A stretch of DNA of 58,140 bases, from positions 1 to 58,140 of the forward strand of contig CALJZV010000083.1 in assembly GCA_937983475.1 (NCBI GenBank). Reading direction: 5' to 3'. Every line of letters starts with the position of its first letter. Within the stretch, counting starts at the first letter, position 1. The position numbers and the translations under genes were made by a program. This stretch comes from an uncultured Verrucomicrobiales bacterium. GTDB taxonomy: Bacteria; Verrucomicrobiota; Verrucomicrobiia; Limisphaerales; JACDHS01. Shown one piece after another: positions 24,781 through 34,256 of this stretch. A model generated the notes under the pieces. The model saw only the letters and a list, made by a program, of their open reading frames with translations, ran no database searches and was not told where the DNA came from.

Positions 24781-25586
24781 TTAGTGGTTGCCGCCGCCAA
24801 TTCTACGGGGCGGGGCGGGCTGCTGTGGAGCGGTGGGCTCCTGCGGTAAATCCTTCTTAGCCTTCTTGGCCTTGCGTTCGGCTTCTGCCTTGCGGTGCTT
24901 TAATAGCTGCGACTCAACCTCCTTGATCTTGTCCACTGTGCGCACCCTGTCGTCGGGTGGGATGGCCATGTCACGCATGAGCTGCATGGTGGCCGAATAA
25001 TCAAGTTGCCCGCCGTCGAGCCTAAAGTGTTGAGCTACCCGGTAGACCTCATTGAAGACGGCGTTACCGGGTAGCTCTTCAGGCTTTTGGTTAGGGCATC
25101 CGGCGCATGGAGTTGGCAGATTACGCTTGGCAAACGCCACCTCACAATTGCCGCAATAGTCCTCCAGTCCACTCAGTCGCCAGTGCTGGAGGTCGCGGAG
25201 TTTCCCACTAGGGCTTCCTGCGCGTCATCCATTCTGGCTCCCTCGTCACTTGCCCCGTCAACAACACAACCGGCGAGGGTCATGAACTTGGTGGCAAGCA
25301 TTTTCTTATTCTCATCGTCACACGGTAGCGGGTTGCCATGCTGGTCGTCAATGTTGCGCCAGCTTTTAACGCAAGCCACGAAGAGTGACGTTTGGAACCC
25401 GAGCTCGTCCAACTTGGTGCGGCCCTTGCGCCCGTGTTTAGTGTTGGCGTCGCTGGCGCGGGAAAACTTATTCCTGTCCAGCGGTGTCACGACGAACACC
25501 ATGTTCTGTCCCTCATAAGGGGTTTCACGAAAGCACGGGCTATCCCCCGTCAGTTCGATTTCGGTTTGTTCCAGATTCAGTCGCAT
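24781..25586 (-). CDS. Tail assembly chaperone G-T-like fusion, made by a -1 frameshift at 25200-25206
   Basis: The -1 frame is open from 16 codons before the G stop through to 24781. The slippery heptamer is in the correct phase. Confidence 0.65.
25173..25586 (-). CDS. Tail assembly chaperone (gpG-like)
   Basis: Lies between the tube and tape measure genes. Acidic C-terminus. Confidence 0.65.
   Translation of the reverse strand: MRLNLEQTEIELTGDSPCFRETPYEGQNMVFVVTPLDRNKFSRASDANTKHGRKGRTKLDELGFQTSLFVACVKSWRNIDDQHGNPLPCDDENKKMLATKFMTLAGCVVDGASDEGARMDDAQEALVGNSATSSTGD
25200..25206 (-). promoter_or_regulatory. -1 programmed ribosomal frameshift slippery heptamer G GGA AAC
   Basis: The reverse strand reads gtG GGA AAC in the zero frame of the chaperone ORF. 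Confidence 0.65.
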
Positions 25587-25622
25587 TCTGAATTTCTCCT
25601 ATTCTAATTTCTTAGCCTGCGC

Positions 25623-27095
25623 TTAGAAGTAAGCGGGCTGATCATTCAAAAGTTCCACCACAATGCCGGAGCTGTCAGGGTTGGTGGAAAAGAACGCCTG
25701 ATACTCAAGATCGATGCTCACACCCGCTGGCCCCGGTATGGCGGGATCGTTGGACTGATACTTCAGTTCGGGCAAGAAGATGTTGAGCTCATTGCCTGCC
25801 TGCGTGAAGATAGCCCTGAGGCTGCTGGTGATGTTATCCTGCGCCTTGGTCAGGATGGTTTCATCCTCAAACAACGCGCTAATGCTGCCGCCCACGTTGG
25901 CGATTCCCTCGGGCAGTGCCCGGCGAGTGCCGCCACCGCCGATGGTGAAGGTGTCGGTGTCCAAGTTGTTGTTGACGTTGATGCTGAAGGCCGTAAGCAC
26001 TTCCACGGCTGACCCGCCCTCTTCCGCACTGGCATCAAACTGCTCAAAGCGGTCGAGGGGTGGCTGGAGGCGGCTGGGGCTGGGGGGATCGTCAAACGGG
26101 GTGTTGCTCTTAACACGGTCGGCACCGATGATGCCCAGCGTAAGCAGCAGCTCACCGTCGCCGCCGATCTCAATTCCCCATGTGTTGATCTTGCAGCCGG
26201 TGAAGTATTGCCACACTTCGGGGCTGAGATCCTGGAAGCCTCGCGCCAGCGTTGCCGAGATAAGGCTTTCCACCGGGTCGATGGTGTATTTGTGCCGGAA
26301 CTTGGGCTTCGCTTCCAGCGTTTCCATGTCCACGGCAACCTCATCGGCGGGCGTAAGGCCTACGGCATCCACAACCACAACTTGCGAAGTCGAGTTGACG
26401 GCGGTGACGTAGGCTTTCTTATTGGTGTCGTAGATAACCTGCTGCCCCACTGCAACACTCGCCTGCGGCGTATTGAAATCCATGACGCCACTGGTGATGC
26501 TCAGCGTATCGGGCAGGCCGGAGCTGATGTTGGTCACCGCAAAGTTGAGCGTTGCCGCCGTCTGCGGTAGCGAGGGCAAATTGCTGGCTCCGTCGCGCTC
26601 CAGCTTGATGGTCATGTTGCTGTCGTCGGTGCGGACGGTGATGTAGCCGTCAACGACCGTCGTGCCGTCGTCAAGCGTAAGGTTGACGCGGTCACCCAGC
26701 GCAATGCCCGTCTGCGGCACCGACCACACGACGTCACCTGAGGCGTTGATAGCCCCGGTGCCGCCAAGGCCAACGTCCGGCTGCGGCTCTTCCGTTGTAA
26801 CGGGGTCGCCAATGGCCATCCGCAAGAACAGCCCGGCCTGAATAAAGTTGACCGGCACGACGATGGTGCCCGACACATCCTTATTCCCCGAGAAGGGCGG
26901 TGACGGATTCCTGTCACCCCGGATGGTGGCCGCCTGATTAAGCGCGCGGCTCAGCGTAAGATCGTTTGTGTTGAACGGGATGTTCCACGGCACGCGATCA
27001 GCTGGGATGTTTAGACAATTAAAGCCTAAATCTTCAAAGTCCAGCAAGAGTGCTCCAGCTGAACCTTTTGCCTGTGAATTAGGGACTGGACACAT
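25623..27095 (-). CDS. Major tail (tube) protein, large form
   Basis: Position upstream of the chaperones. AAGGAGG RBS. Confidence 0.55.
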   Translation of the reverse strand: MCPVPNSQAKGSAGALLLDFEDLGFNCLNIPADRVPWNIPFNTNDLTLSRALNQAATIRGDRNPSPPFSGNKDVSGTIVVPVNFIQAGLFLRMAIGDPVTTEEPQPDVGLGGTGAINASGDVVWSVPQTGIALGDRVNLTLDDGTTVVDGYITVRTDDSNMTIKLERDGASNLPSLPQTAATLNFAVTNISSGLPDTLSITSGVMDFNTPQASVAVGQQVIYDTNKKAYVTAVNSTSQVVVVDAVGLTPADEVAVDMETLEAKPKFRHKYTIDPVESLISATLARGFQDLSPEVWQYFTGCKINTWGIEIGGDGELLLTLGIIGADRVKSNTPFDDPPSPSRLQPPLDRFEQFDASAEEGGSAVEVLTAFSINVNNNLDTDTFTIGGGGTRRALPEGIANVGGSISALFEDETILTKAQDNITSSLRAIFTQAGNELNIFLPELKYQSNDPAIPGPAGVSIDLEYQAFFSTNPDSSGIVVELLNDQPAYF

Positions 27096-27116
27096 TGGAC
27101 AAGTTCCTCCTTTTAA

Positions 27117-27554
27117 TTAAAGCCCCAAATGATAATGGAACGGAATGTTCACATTTTGCTGGAACCAAGTCCCTTCAGGCGATGTCCCAACCTGAACTTT
27201 CTGTGGCACGCCGCAGCAAAGCGCGGTTCCAAGCGTTAATATACTCAACACGGCCTTGTTATACAAGTCCGATAGTTCATCGGCCACCGGGTCAATGACG
27301 GCCAGCCCCGTATTCACGGGAACGAAGATCTGTAAGAACAGGAACCCCTGTGTCCGCTGCCCGGCATCGCTGGTGCGGTCGACGATGGTTTCCTGGATGC
27401 TTTCGCCATACTGCACGGTCGCCCACACCCAACCACTCGCCCCGTCTACCTTGGGCTCAAACGGCGAGTTAGGATAGCGCACCGGAAGCGTGGTGAAATT
27501 GTCCTGCAAGTGCTTCAGCAAGGTGCCGGTGACTTCTTGTTTTGATGCTGGCAT
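27117..27554 (-). CDS. Tail terminator / tail completion protein
   Basis: Position, and the VRYPNSPFEP...GFLFLQIFVP pattern. Confidence 0.5.
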   Translation of the reverse strand: MPASKQEVTGTLLKHLQDNFTTLPVRYPNSPFEPKVDGASGWVWATVQYGESIQETIVDRTSDAGQRTQGFLFLQIFVPVNTGLAVIDPVADELSDLYNKAVLSILTLGTALCCGVPQKVQVGTSPEGTWFQQNVNIPFHYHLGL

Positions 27555-27997
27555 TAGAAGATCGTCCTTATTGCCCGCGCAGCGATGGAATCAAACTCAT
27601 CAGCCACCACAGCATAGATCCCCTGCGGTGCCTGTTTGCTGTGGCCATTTTCCAATCGTCCCGCGTATGGCGCATTATTGCTGAGGAAAATGTCACGCGT
27701 CACGTCGTCGCCCTTTATCCGATCCAGCTGACGCCCCGCCTTGTTGGCCTGCGTTGCAGCCTCACGCTCGCCGCCTTCACTGAGCCCGGCTCTACTTTGG
27801 ACAAACGTGGATTCAGCGTCAAGCGTCAGATCATGAGACGATCTGTAAAAACCTGAATCCACCGGGCTGCGCCCCACAAGCCGCCTGAACAACTCTAACC
27901 CAAGGATGCGCACAAGTTTGCGCTTGTCCCCGGAGTAGTCCTCCAGATCGTCATTGAGCTGCACGAGAGCCTCTTGGAAGTTGTGCTTAAGAGCCAC
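27554..27997 (-). CDS. HK97 gp10-family neck protein
   Basis: SPVDSGFYRSS...NNAPYAGRLENGHSKQAP. Confidence 0.6.
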   Translation of the reverse strand: MALKHNFQEALVQLNDDLEDYSGDKRKLVRILGLELFRRLVGRSPVDSGFYRSSHDLTLDAESTFVQSRAGLSEGGEREAATQANKAGRQLDRIKGDDVTRDIFLSNNAPYAGRLENGHSKQAPQGIYAVVADEFDSIAARAIRTIF

Positions 27998-28001
27998 CGG
28001 G

Positions 28002-28394
28002 CTATTTCCTCACTTGGCAGATGAACACAATGCCATCCTGATCGAGACGTTTGTTCTTGACCTCGGCGACGATTTCATACCGGGTGCCTAACCACTCCAC
28101 CTGATCCTTGATCTTTACTTCCGGCAGGGCGTTGGTCTTGCGGAAAATCATCTTGAGGTCACCGGCGCGAATCAAACCGCCACTGGCGGCTATCTGTTTT
28201 TCATTATAGCGCACCACGGCGGCAGTGATAGGCAAAGCTGGGTCGAACGTCACGCCGGGGTTGCCCGTGGTGGGGTCATACGTGCCGGGCACCAGCTTGT
28301 AGAAATCCACAGCCTCCACAATACGCAGGCCGGGGATGAGGGTGTTGTCGAAAACGCTGTCCACGATTTTGTTGAGGTCATTTGCGAGCGTCAT
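28002..28394 (-). CDS. Head closure / head-tail joining protein
   Basis: Size and position; similarity by eye to head-tail joining proteins. Confidence 0.45.
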   Translation of the reverse strand: MTLANDLNKIVDSVFDNTLIPGLRIVEAVDFYKLVPGTYDPTTGNPGVTFDPALPITAAVVRYNEKQIAASGGLIRAGDLKMIFRKTNALPEVKIKDQVEWLGTRYEIVAEVKNKRLDQDGIVFICQVRK

Positions 28395-29443
28395 GCGTCT
28401 ACCCCCAGTCGAGTCTTTAATTGATTTACCGTGAGGACGCGCGTATTGCTTGCCAAATCCTCAAGGCTCTTCAGCTTACCAGCGCGCCACAGGGCATAAC
28501 GCTCTTCGCCCAGCCAATCGCGCTTCCAACTGGCGGGCTGGCTACGGAAGAACTGGTCAAAGTTCTGCGTCGTGCGCTTGGTGCTTACGATCTTAGTCTT
28601 GGTGGAAGTGCTGCCATCAGCATGGTTGACCGTCCTAAAGTCCTGATCCGTCACGGCGGGCCGTGTGAGGTCCTCACTGAGCGGCGTGATAGGGACGATG
28701 GTGCATCTGCAGTTCGGGTGCCGCAGTAATTCGGGCAAATCCTCGCGATTCTCCTCGACGCGTCCGTCATCGGGCGCGCAGATGGGGCAAGTGCGGGCAT
28801 CTAGCGTGGCAACATACTGATATCCCTCTATCAGCTGCCCATTGTCGCGATACATCTCGTCCCGCGCGTCGTTGCCCGCCTGTAGTAAGCTGGTCTTCGC
28901 AATGGTGTTGGCCGCCCTGCGCTTTACGCCAAAACCTTCAATCAAACGCTTGGACGCCTGCTGCACTGTCTCGTTCAATGCCAGCGATTTAGCCAGCTCT
29001 GTCCGCGTGGCCCGGATGAGGTTGCTATTTTGCCGCGTGACCCAAGTGGAAAGCGTATGCCCGCCAAACGGCGCAGCGAGCAGGGTGCTGAGCCGCCCGG
29101 TGCTCAGGCGCGTGGCAACCTTGGCCGTTGTGGTCTTGGCTAGGTCATTGGCCAAGGCCTTTGACGCGGCGTTGTATTCCATTTGCAAAACTTCACGCCG
29201 CGCCTTATTCAAGACGTTCGTATATCGTTCACTTACGTCAGCCAGCGTGCCACCCAGCTCGGTGAGCGTGATGGACATCATGCGGCGGGAGAAAGTGGAC
29301 GTATCCTTGAAAGTGCCCAGCTTAGCCAGCGCGGCCCGCTCTGCCTGATCAAGTATCTTGACCAGTTTGACGGCCCGGCCACGCGCAAAAGATTCGATAT
29401 CCAGCACGTTCCGTAGAATTTTGTTCTCAACGCTGAGTGTCAT
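28391..29443 (-). CDS. Minor head protein, Mu F / SPP1 gp7 family
   Basis: YVATLDARTCPICAPDDGRV...LLRHPNCRCTIVPI. Confidence 0.8.
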   Translation of the reverse strand: MTLSVENKILRNVLDIESFARGRAVKLVKILDQAERAALAKLGTFKDTSTFSRRMMSITLTELGGTLADVSERYTNVLNKARREVLQMEYNAASKALANDLAKTTTAKVATRLSTGRLSTLLAAPFGGHTLSTWVTRQNSNLIRATRTELAKSLALNETVQQASKRLIEGFGVKRRAANTIAKTSLLQAGNDARDEMYRDNGQLIEGYQYVATLDARTCPICAPDDGRVEENREDLPELLRHPNCRCTIVPITPLSEDLTRPAVTDQDFRTVNHADGSTSTKTKIVSTKRTTQNFDQFFRSQPASWKRDWLGEERYALWRAGKLKSLEDLASNTRVLTVNQLKTRLGVDA

Positions 29444-29455
29444 GATATCATGAAC

Positions 29456-29989
29456 CTACTTGACGAACTTGAACCTATTGGGGCCGCCCGTAAGCCAATC
29501 GCGCAACAGCGCGTTGATGGCGTCCATGCTGCCCTGCTGCACAGCGGCCTGACTGGTGCTGGTGAAGACCTTCTTGCTGCCTTGGCTAAAGGCCACCTTG
29601 ACAACCTCGGGAACTTCAACGCTGGTGATTGCATTTTCCAGATCATTGGTGCTTAGGCTGCCCGAACCATCGTCCGAGAAGGCCGGGTTCAAGCACTGGA
29701 AAATGATCATGTGGTATTGGGCCTCTATGACCTCCCTTGGCAACTCATCCAACACGCCGTTGCGCGGAAACTCCAAGGCCTGCTCTTCCGTTGACGGGCA
29801 CCCCACAAACTCGAAACGATCAATGGCCCTTGTGGCTTCAATCATTTTGGCGAAATGCTGCTGCTGCGTCAGCGTTCCCCAGAACGTAAAGAAATCCGGA
29901 ATAGATTCGAACCACGCGTCCGCGTCTGCTTCTTCAACGTAGCTATTTGCGTCTGGTCCGGCGATGGTTGTGTCTATAACAAGGGCCAT
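29456..29989 (-). CDS. Head-tail connector (gp6-like adaptor)
   Basis: N-terminal ANSYVEEADADAWF pattern, and position. Confidence 0.5.
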   Translation of the reverse strand: MALVIDTTIAGPDANSYVEEADADAWFESIPDFFTFWGTLTQQQHFAKMIEATRAIDRFEFVGCPSTEEQALEFPRNGVLDELPREVIEAQYHMIIFQCLNPAFSDDGSGSLSTNDLENAITSVEVPEVVKVAFSQGSKKVFTSTSQAAVQQGSMDAINALLRDWLTGGPNRFKFVK

Positions 29990-30014
29990 TGATCGTCACC
30001 TCTTTGCGCCGGGG

Positions 30015-30374
30015 TCAGGTTGCGCCCTTAACGAGCGCGCCCACCAGTGCCCCGGCAAATTTTTGTCCCAACTTGGCAAAGGCCACTTTGAGATTCTTAG
30101 CCATCTCCTCTTTCGCAATACCGAGCTGGCTAAGCGTGGCCACGGTTAGCGCGTTGACGGCGTCTTCCTGTGCCTCGAATTCATCCGAATCCCGCCCGCT
30201 AATAGCTTGCACCACCTTGAGCTCAACCCATGCTGGGATGAGAAGACTCAGGCGGTTCACGAACTTACTGCGGCGGTTCTCGGTCATGTCCTTGAACAAA
30301 ATTGGGTTGATGATCTCCAATTCCTTGATAAGTTCAAGGGCTAATGCCTTGGCGGCGTTGGTATCAATGATCAT
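30015..30374 (-). CDS. Hypothetical protein
   Basis: ORF in operon context. Confidence 0.4.
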   Translation of the reverse strand: MIIDTNAAKALALELIKELEIINPILFKDMTENRRSKFVNRLSLLIPAWVELKVVQAISGRDSDEFEAQEDAVNALTVATLSQLGIAKEEMAKNLKVAFAKLGQKFAGALVGALVKGAT

Positions 30375-30727
30375 GAGCCGTCACCATCGGCCTCAAGGTC
30401 TACGCCCACGCGGGCAGCGTAGTCTTCCAGGCCCAAGTAGAGAGCCTGCTTTTGGTTGTCGTTGTGGATGGTGCTAGCCTCAATACCGGCGCGCGTGAAC
30501 TTGTCATAAGTCTTCAAGTGCTTGCGCACGGTGATTTTTTCAACGCACTCACCCCGGCAGCCTACCAGCACAGCCGAAGACGCCAAGAACAGGATGATGC
30601 CTGCTTTGCGAATGGTTGTGTTGGATCGCCCCGGTGATCGCTTGCGCCGCGCCATGGCCCCGGCTGCGCGTTGCTGCTGCTTGGAGGGTTTGCGCTGTGA
30701 TGATTTTGGGAGTGTTCGCTTTCCCAT
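30371..30727 (-). CDS. Small lipoprotein, o-spanin-like candidate
   Basis: Basic N-terminus, hydrophobic stretch, and lipobox-like LVGC. Alternative start at 30655. Confidence 0.45.
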   Translation of the reverse strand: MGKRTLPKSSQRKPSKQQQRAAGAMARRKRSPGRSNTTIRKAGIILFLASSAVLVGCRGECVEKITVRKHLKTYDKFTRAGIEASTIHNDNQKQALYLGLEDYAARVGVDLEADGDGS

Positions 30728-30733
30728 AATATT

Positions 30734-31147
30734 CTACTTTCCTTTCTTATTAGGGCTTTGACCGCCCTTGAATTTTTGGATGGTGTTCTCAATCATACGG
30801 CGCACACCAGCCTGACCGACCTCGCGCACCACGTCGATGCCGTCCTTGCGCGCCTTGGTCATGAGCTTAGACTGGGCTGCCACAAGGGCTTCCTTACGCT
30901 CATCGGCGGTTAGCTTGCCATCGGCAGCCTTGGCTTTCCAGTCCTTAACCATGTCTTCATAGACTTCCCACACCGCCTCTTCGGCAATGCCGGTGATCTT
31001 CTTGGTCTTCTTGTCGTCCTTCACAACCTTGTTGATCAGGATGGCTACGTAACCAAGCGCGCCGGTGATTAGCGCGCCCAGCACCGTCGTCACGGCGTTG
31101 ATGAAAGCCTCGTTTGCCAGTAGTGAATCAAGCATTGTGTTCCACAC
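30734..31147 (-). CDS. Holin-like membrane protein (LL-H holin family-like)
   Basis: N-terminal TM AVTTVLGALITGALGYVAILI. Charged tail containing DGKLTADERKEAL. Confidence 0.45.
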   Translation of the reverse strand: MWNTMLDSLLANEAFINAVTTVLGALITGALGYVAILINKVVKDDKKTKKITGIAEEAVWEVYEDMVKDWKAKAADGKLTADERKEALVAAQSKLMTKARKDGIDVVREVGQAGVRRMIENTIQKFKGGQSPNKKGK

Positions 31148-31613
31148 CTCCCCTCGTCCTGTCTTTTAATATGGCGATGTCGGTCCCGTGTTTTCTTATC
31201 TGGCTATCGCTTGCGTCTAGGCGTTTGCCAACTTCTTCGTGCTTGTTGAACAACGTCACAATGCGTTCGTCTTGCCGGGCCAGCGTTTTGTCCATGCTTT
31301 GGGTGCGGGTGCCTATGTCGTCCACTTTGCTGTCCACGCTTTTTACGCTGCGGCGCAGCTCGTTGTGAGCACCATCCAAGTCTTCCTTCAGGTTATAGAG
31401 CAGGCGTTTGGTTTCCTCGTGGCCTTGGTCAGCGGGCTGGTGCTGGCCGTTCATCATGCGGGCGGCAGTATCGGGGCCGATATTGCTGCGGTTCTCCGGC
31501 TTGGCGAACTTTGCCTTGTAAACGCCATACGCTAAAAAGATGCCCAAGGTCACGGTGACCACGAACTCGATGGCTTGGCTCAGATCCTTTGCGCCTTCAA
31601 TGACTGTTTCCAT
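31128..31613 (-). CDS. N-terminal-TM coiled-coil protein, i-spanin-like candidate
   Basis: TM FVVTVTLGIFLAYGVY, followed by heptad-rich sequence. Confidence 0.4.
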   Translation of the reverse strand: METVIEGAKDLSQAIEFVVTVTLGIFLAYGVYKAKFAKPENRSNIGPDTAARMMNGQHQPADQGHEETKRLLYNLKEDLDGAHNELRRSVKSVDSKVDDIGTRTQSMDKTLARQDERIVTLFNKHEEVGKRLDASDSQIRKHGTDIAILKDRTRGGVEHNA

Positions 31614-31652
31614 TCCTACGTCCTGCCTTTCCGTAGTTGATTGTCCCGCGCG

Positions 31653-32030
31653 TTACGGGGTGACCTGCGCAGCTACCGTCGTTCGGCAATCCTCCCAAGC
31701 TGTCTTCTGCAACTCCAGATATGTAATTGTCGCCTCGTATCCAGCGATCTGGTTGTCGATGTCAGCAATCTTTTGATTAATGATGTCCACCGAGATGTTG
31801 TATGTGCGCAAAGGCTTGCCCGGTATCTCCACTTCGATCACGACCTTGGTTGTGGCTGTGGTTAGTTCATCATCAGCCTGCCCACTCACAATTTCATAGA
31901 GCGTGGGACGGGCATCGCCGTGAGCGTCCTGCACGGCGATCAGAGGGAGCGCAATAAGCGCAACCACGCCCAGCGCAAGCACGCCCCACACCGTTGCGAT
32001 GGTCCAGTTTTTCCATGTTTTCCTTTTCAT
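31653..32030 (-). CDS. Signal-anchor membrane protein
   Basis: TM WTIATVWGVLALGVVALIALPLIAV. Confidence 0.45.
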   Translation of the reverse strand: MKRKTWKNWTIATVWGVLALGVVALIALPLIAVQDAHGDARPTLYEIVSGQADDELTTATTKVVIEVEIPGKPLRTYNISVDIINQKIADIDNQIAGYEATITYLELQKTAWEDCRTTVAAQVTP

Positions 32031-32042
32031 GTCATTTCACTC

Positions 32043-34229
32043 CTATTCTGGATTGAGCGGCGTCAAGGTGTATTCTACTTCCGCGCCCCAAACTAAATCT
32101 TCCCCGGCAAGCCCGGTCACTTCCAATTGGATAGGGCCAGTCGCCCCGGTTACGTCAATATCATAGCTGATGCTGCCCAGCCCAGCGTCTACAATGGCGA
32201 ACAGTTCCGTCACCAGCCCCTTGCGGGTGTTAGCTGCTCCGTCTATCTTAAACGCAGCGGCAGCCTCTATGATGCCGACATCGCCGATCGTAGAGCCTGT
32301 CTGACCGCCGTCCCAGCTTTGCACGGTAATCTTGGCGCGTAAATACACCAAAGCCGCAGGCAGGCCGACGGGAGGCACATCACTGTCCCACAGGACGGCG
32401 GGTGTGGCGTTGGCCGTCTGGACAGTGCGATGCTCTGTGCGGGTGCGGATTTGTGGCAAGTTAGACCCTGTTTCATCCTGTGTCAACTCCAGGATAATCT
32501 TCTCGTCCTCAAACGCGCCCACTCGCAAGCTGACGTCGTTACTTTTCACATCATTGATGGCTGCATTGTCGCCCTCTAGGATCAAAGAGGCTCCAACCTC
32601 TGTCTGCTCGTTCTGTCCACTGGTAGTTGGCCGCCATGCGTGCAGCAGGAGCGGTGAAGTTGCCGTGCCAGAACTCTCACCCACGCTGATGGTGAACGAT
32701 CCCGCCGCAGTATTGGCCGCTGCCGAAGCGTAGCGCGTTCCCCCGGTGCGCAGCCCTGTGGCAAAAGGACCGAACCTTGAATTCGGCGAACCGTTCAAGT
32801 TGATCTGCGTATAAGCGTCCGCAGAACTCTGGCTGCCAATATAAGCACTGTTGTCACGCGGGCCGTCGGGCGGCTCGTCCATAATGTCGCCAATGACCAG
32901 CACGTTGTCGCCAGAGAAATCGTTGATGAACCGCCCTATGCCAATCGGATCATCACCGGTCATGCGCACGTTGACGCCAATACTGATCCCCTCGTCACCG
33001 ATGTCTGTGCTTGTGCCCGCCGTCCCTGTTGCAGCACCAATGGACACAGCGCGTCGATTCATCGTCTGCGCGTTGCCGATGGCTACGGCTTCACCCGCAG
33101 TGAAGATGCCGTTGGCCGGGCCATGCTCAGCACCGATGATGACGCGTTTGGTGCTGCTGCCCGAGGTCTCCGTGAACGTGTTGCTTGCCGCACTACTGGA
33201 TGGCATGATCAAGACGTTCTCGTTGCCGCTAATCTTGCTGAACGTCTGGTCCTCTGGCCCGATCAACGTGTTGGCACTCCCTAACTTTGCCGAGCGCGTC
33301 ACATCCAGCCCAAACCCGATGTCCACATAACCATTGACGTCCAGCTTATCGTCAGCTGTGATGGAACCCGCAGACCCGTCATTTTGTAGTTCCATGCTCG
33401 CGCCAAAGAGGGTCTGGAACTCTAGAGTGACGGGTCTGCCCAAGGCAAACAAGGAAGCCGTTGTCAAAGGATCCACCGTGGCCGTGATAAGCGCGCTGGG
33501 GAAATTGAATCCTTCTGTGTAACCCCCAATCCCGTCCTCAACGCCGTTGACCCAAAACGCGACCACGCCACCCGCATCACCTGTCCCCGAAATAGCCAAT
33601 GAATCCGTCGTGCCTCTAGAGGCAAAGAGGTTGAGCATCGGAACCCTGTTGGGATAAGCAATAAACGTCCCTGACGGATTAGTGGTGAGGCCTATGCCGT
33701 GAATATCGATGCCCGTGGTTTCCCCGGTATCGTTGTTGCCGAGAATAAGCTCGGGGTTAGTAGAAACAGTAAATGGCAGCGGCGTGAAATCAAAAAAGTG
33801 CGGAGGAATGGTCCCGTTACCCATGCGCGTGATATCCGTCGCCGGGTCAAACGCAAACCGATCAGCGTTTGCCTGAAGCACCAACTGCCCGCCGTTGTCG
33901 AACACAAAGACAACCCCGTCCTCCGGTAAACTGACGCCCCCACCACCAAGCGACTGGAGCAGCGTCCACAAGTCGACGTTGCCGTGCCGCAGCAACGTGA
34001 TATCGTCCAGCCAAAGACGCACATGCGGACGCGAGTCGTCCGAGATGGTGGCCTTACTGGTAGAGAAGTCGGTGCCGCCCGGCTTGATGATACGTATGGG
34101 GAACGGAGGCCCGCTGTCCTCCTGCGCAGAGCACAAAGCCACCGGCAACAGGGCTACCAGCAGCAGGAACAGGGTTACGCGCTGCCAACGGGCGGCGGCG
34201 CGGAGTGCTTTTGCGATATGACTGATCAT
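32043..34229 (-). CDS. Large protein with a Sec-type signal peptide and Gly/Ala/Ser-rich adhesin-like repeats
   Basis: N-terminus KALRAAARWQRVTLFLLLVALLPVALCSA/QE. Central AVAIGNAQT..AVSIGAATG..ISIGVNV..IGIG repeats. Confidence 0.5.
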   Translation of the reverse strand: MISHIAKALRAAARWQRVTLFLLLVALLPVALCSAQEDSGPPFPIRIIKPGGTDFSTSKATISDDSRPHVRLWLDDITLLRHGNVDLWTLLQSLGGGGVSLPEDGVVFVFDNGGQLVLQANADRFAFDPATDITRMGNGTIPPHFFDFTPLPFTVSTNPELILGNNDTGETTGIDIHGIGLTTNPSGTFIAYPNRVPMLNLFASRGTTDSLAISGTGDAGGVVAFWVNGVEDGIGGYTEGFNFPSALITATVDPLTTASLFALGRPVTLEFQTLFGASMELQNDGSAGSITADDKLDVNGYVDIGFGLDVTRSAKLGSANTLIGPEDQTFSKISGNENVLIMPSSSAASNTFTETSGSSTKRVIIGAEHGPANGIFTAGEAVAIGNAQTMNRRAVSIGAATGTAGTSTDIGDEGISIGVNVRMTGDDPIGIGRFINDFSGDNVLVIGDIMDEPPDGPRDNSAYIGSQSSADAYTQINLNGSPNSRFGPFATGLRTGGTRYASAAANTAAGSFTISVGESSGTATSPLLLHAWRPTTSGQNEQTEVGASLILEGDNAAINDVKSNDVSLRVGAFEDEKIILELTQDETGSNLPQIRTRTEHRTVQTANATPAVLWDSDVPPVGLPAALVYLRAKITVQSWDGGQTGSTIGDVGIIEAAAAFKIDGAANTRKGLVTELFAIVDAGLGSISYDIDVTGATGPIQLEVTGLAGEDLVWGAEVEYTLTPLNPE

Positions 34230-34256
34230 GACGGGCGTCCTGCCTTGGGGTGGGAT

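Noticed and set aside
24781-25140. Independent GTG-initiated 119-aa gene between the chaperone and tape measure genes
   Set aside because: It has no RBS. Its frame is open upstream into the chaperone ORF in the -1 register, with a GGGAAAC slippery site. It is more likely the T extension of a G-T fusion.
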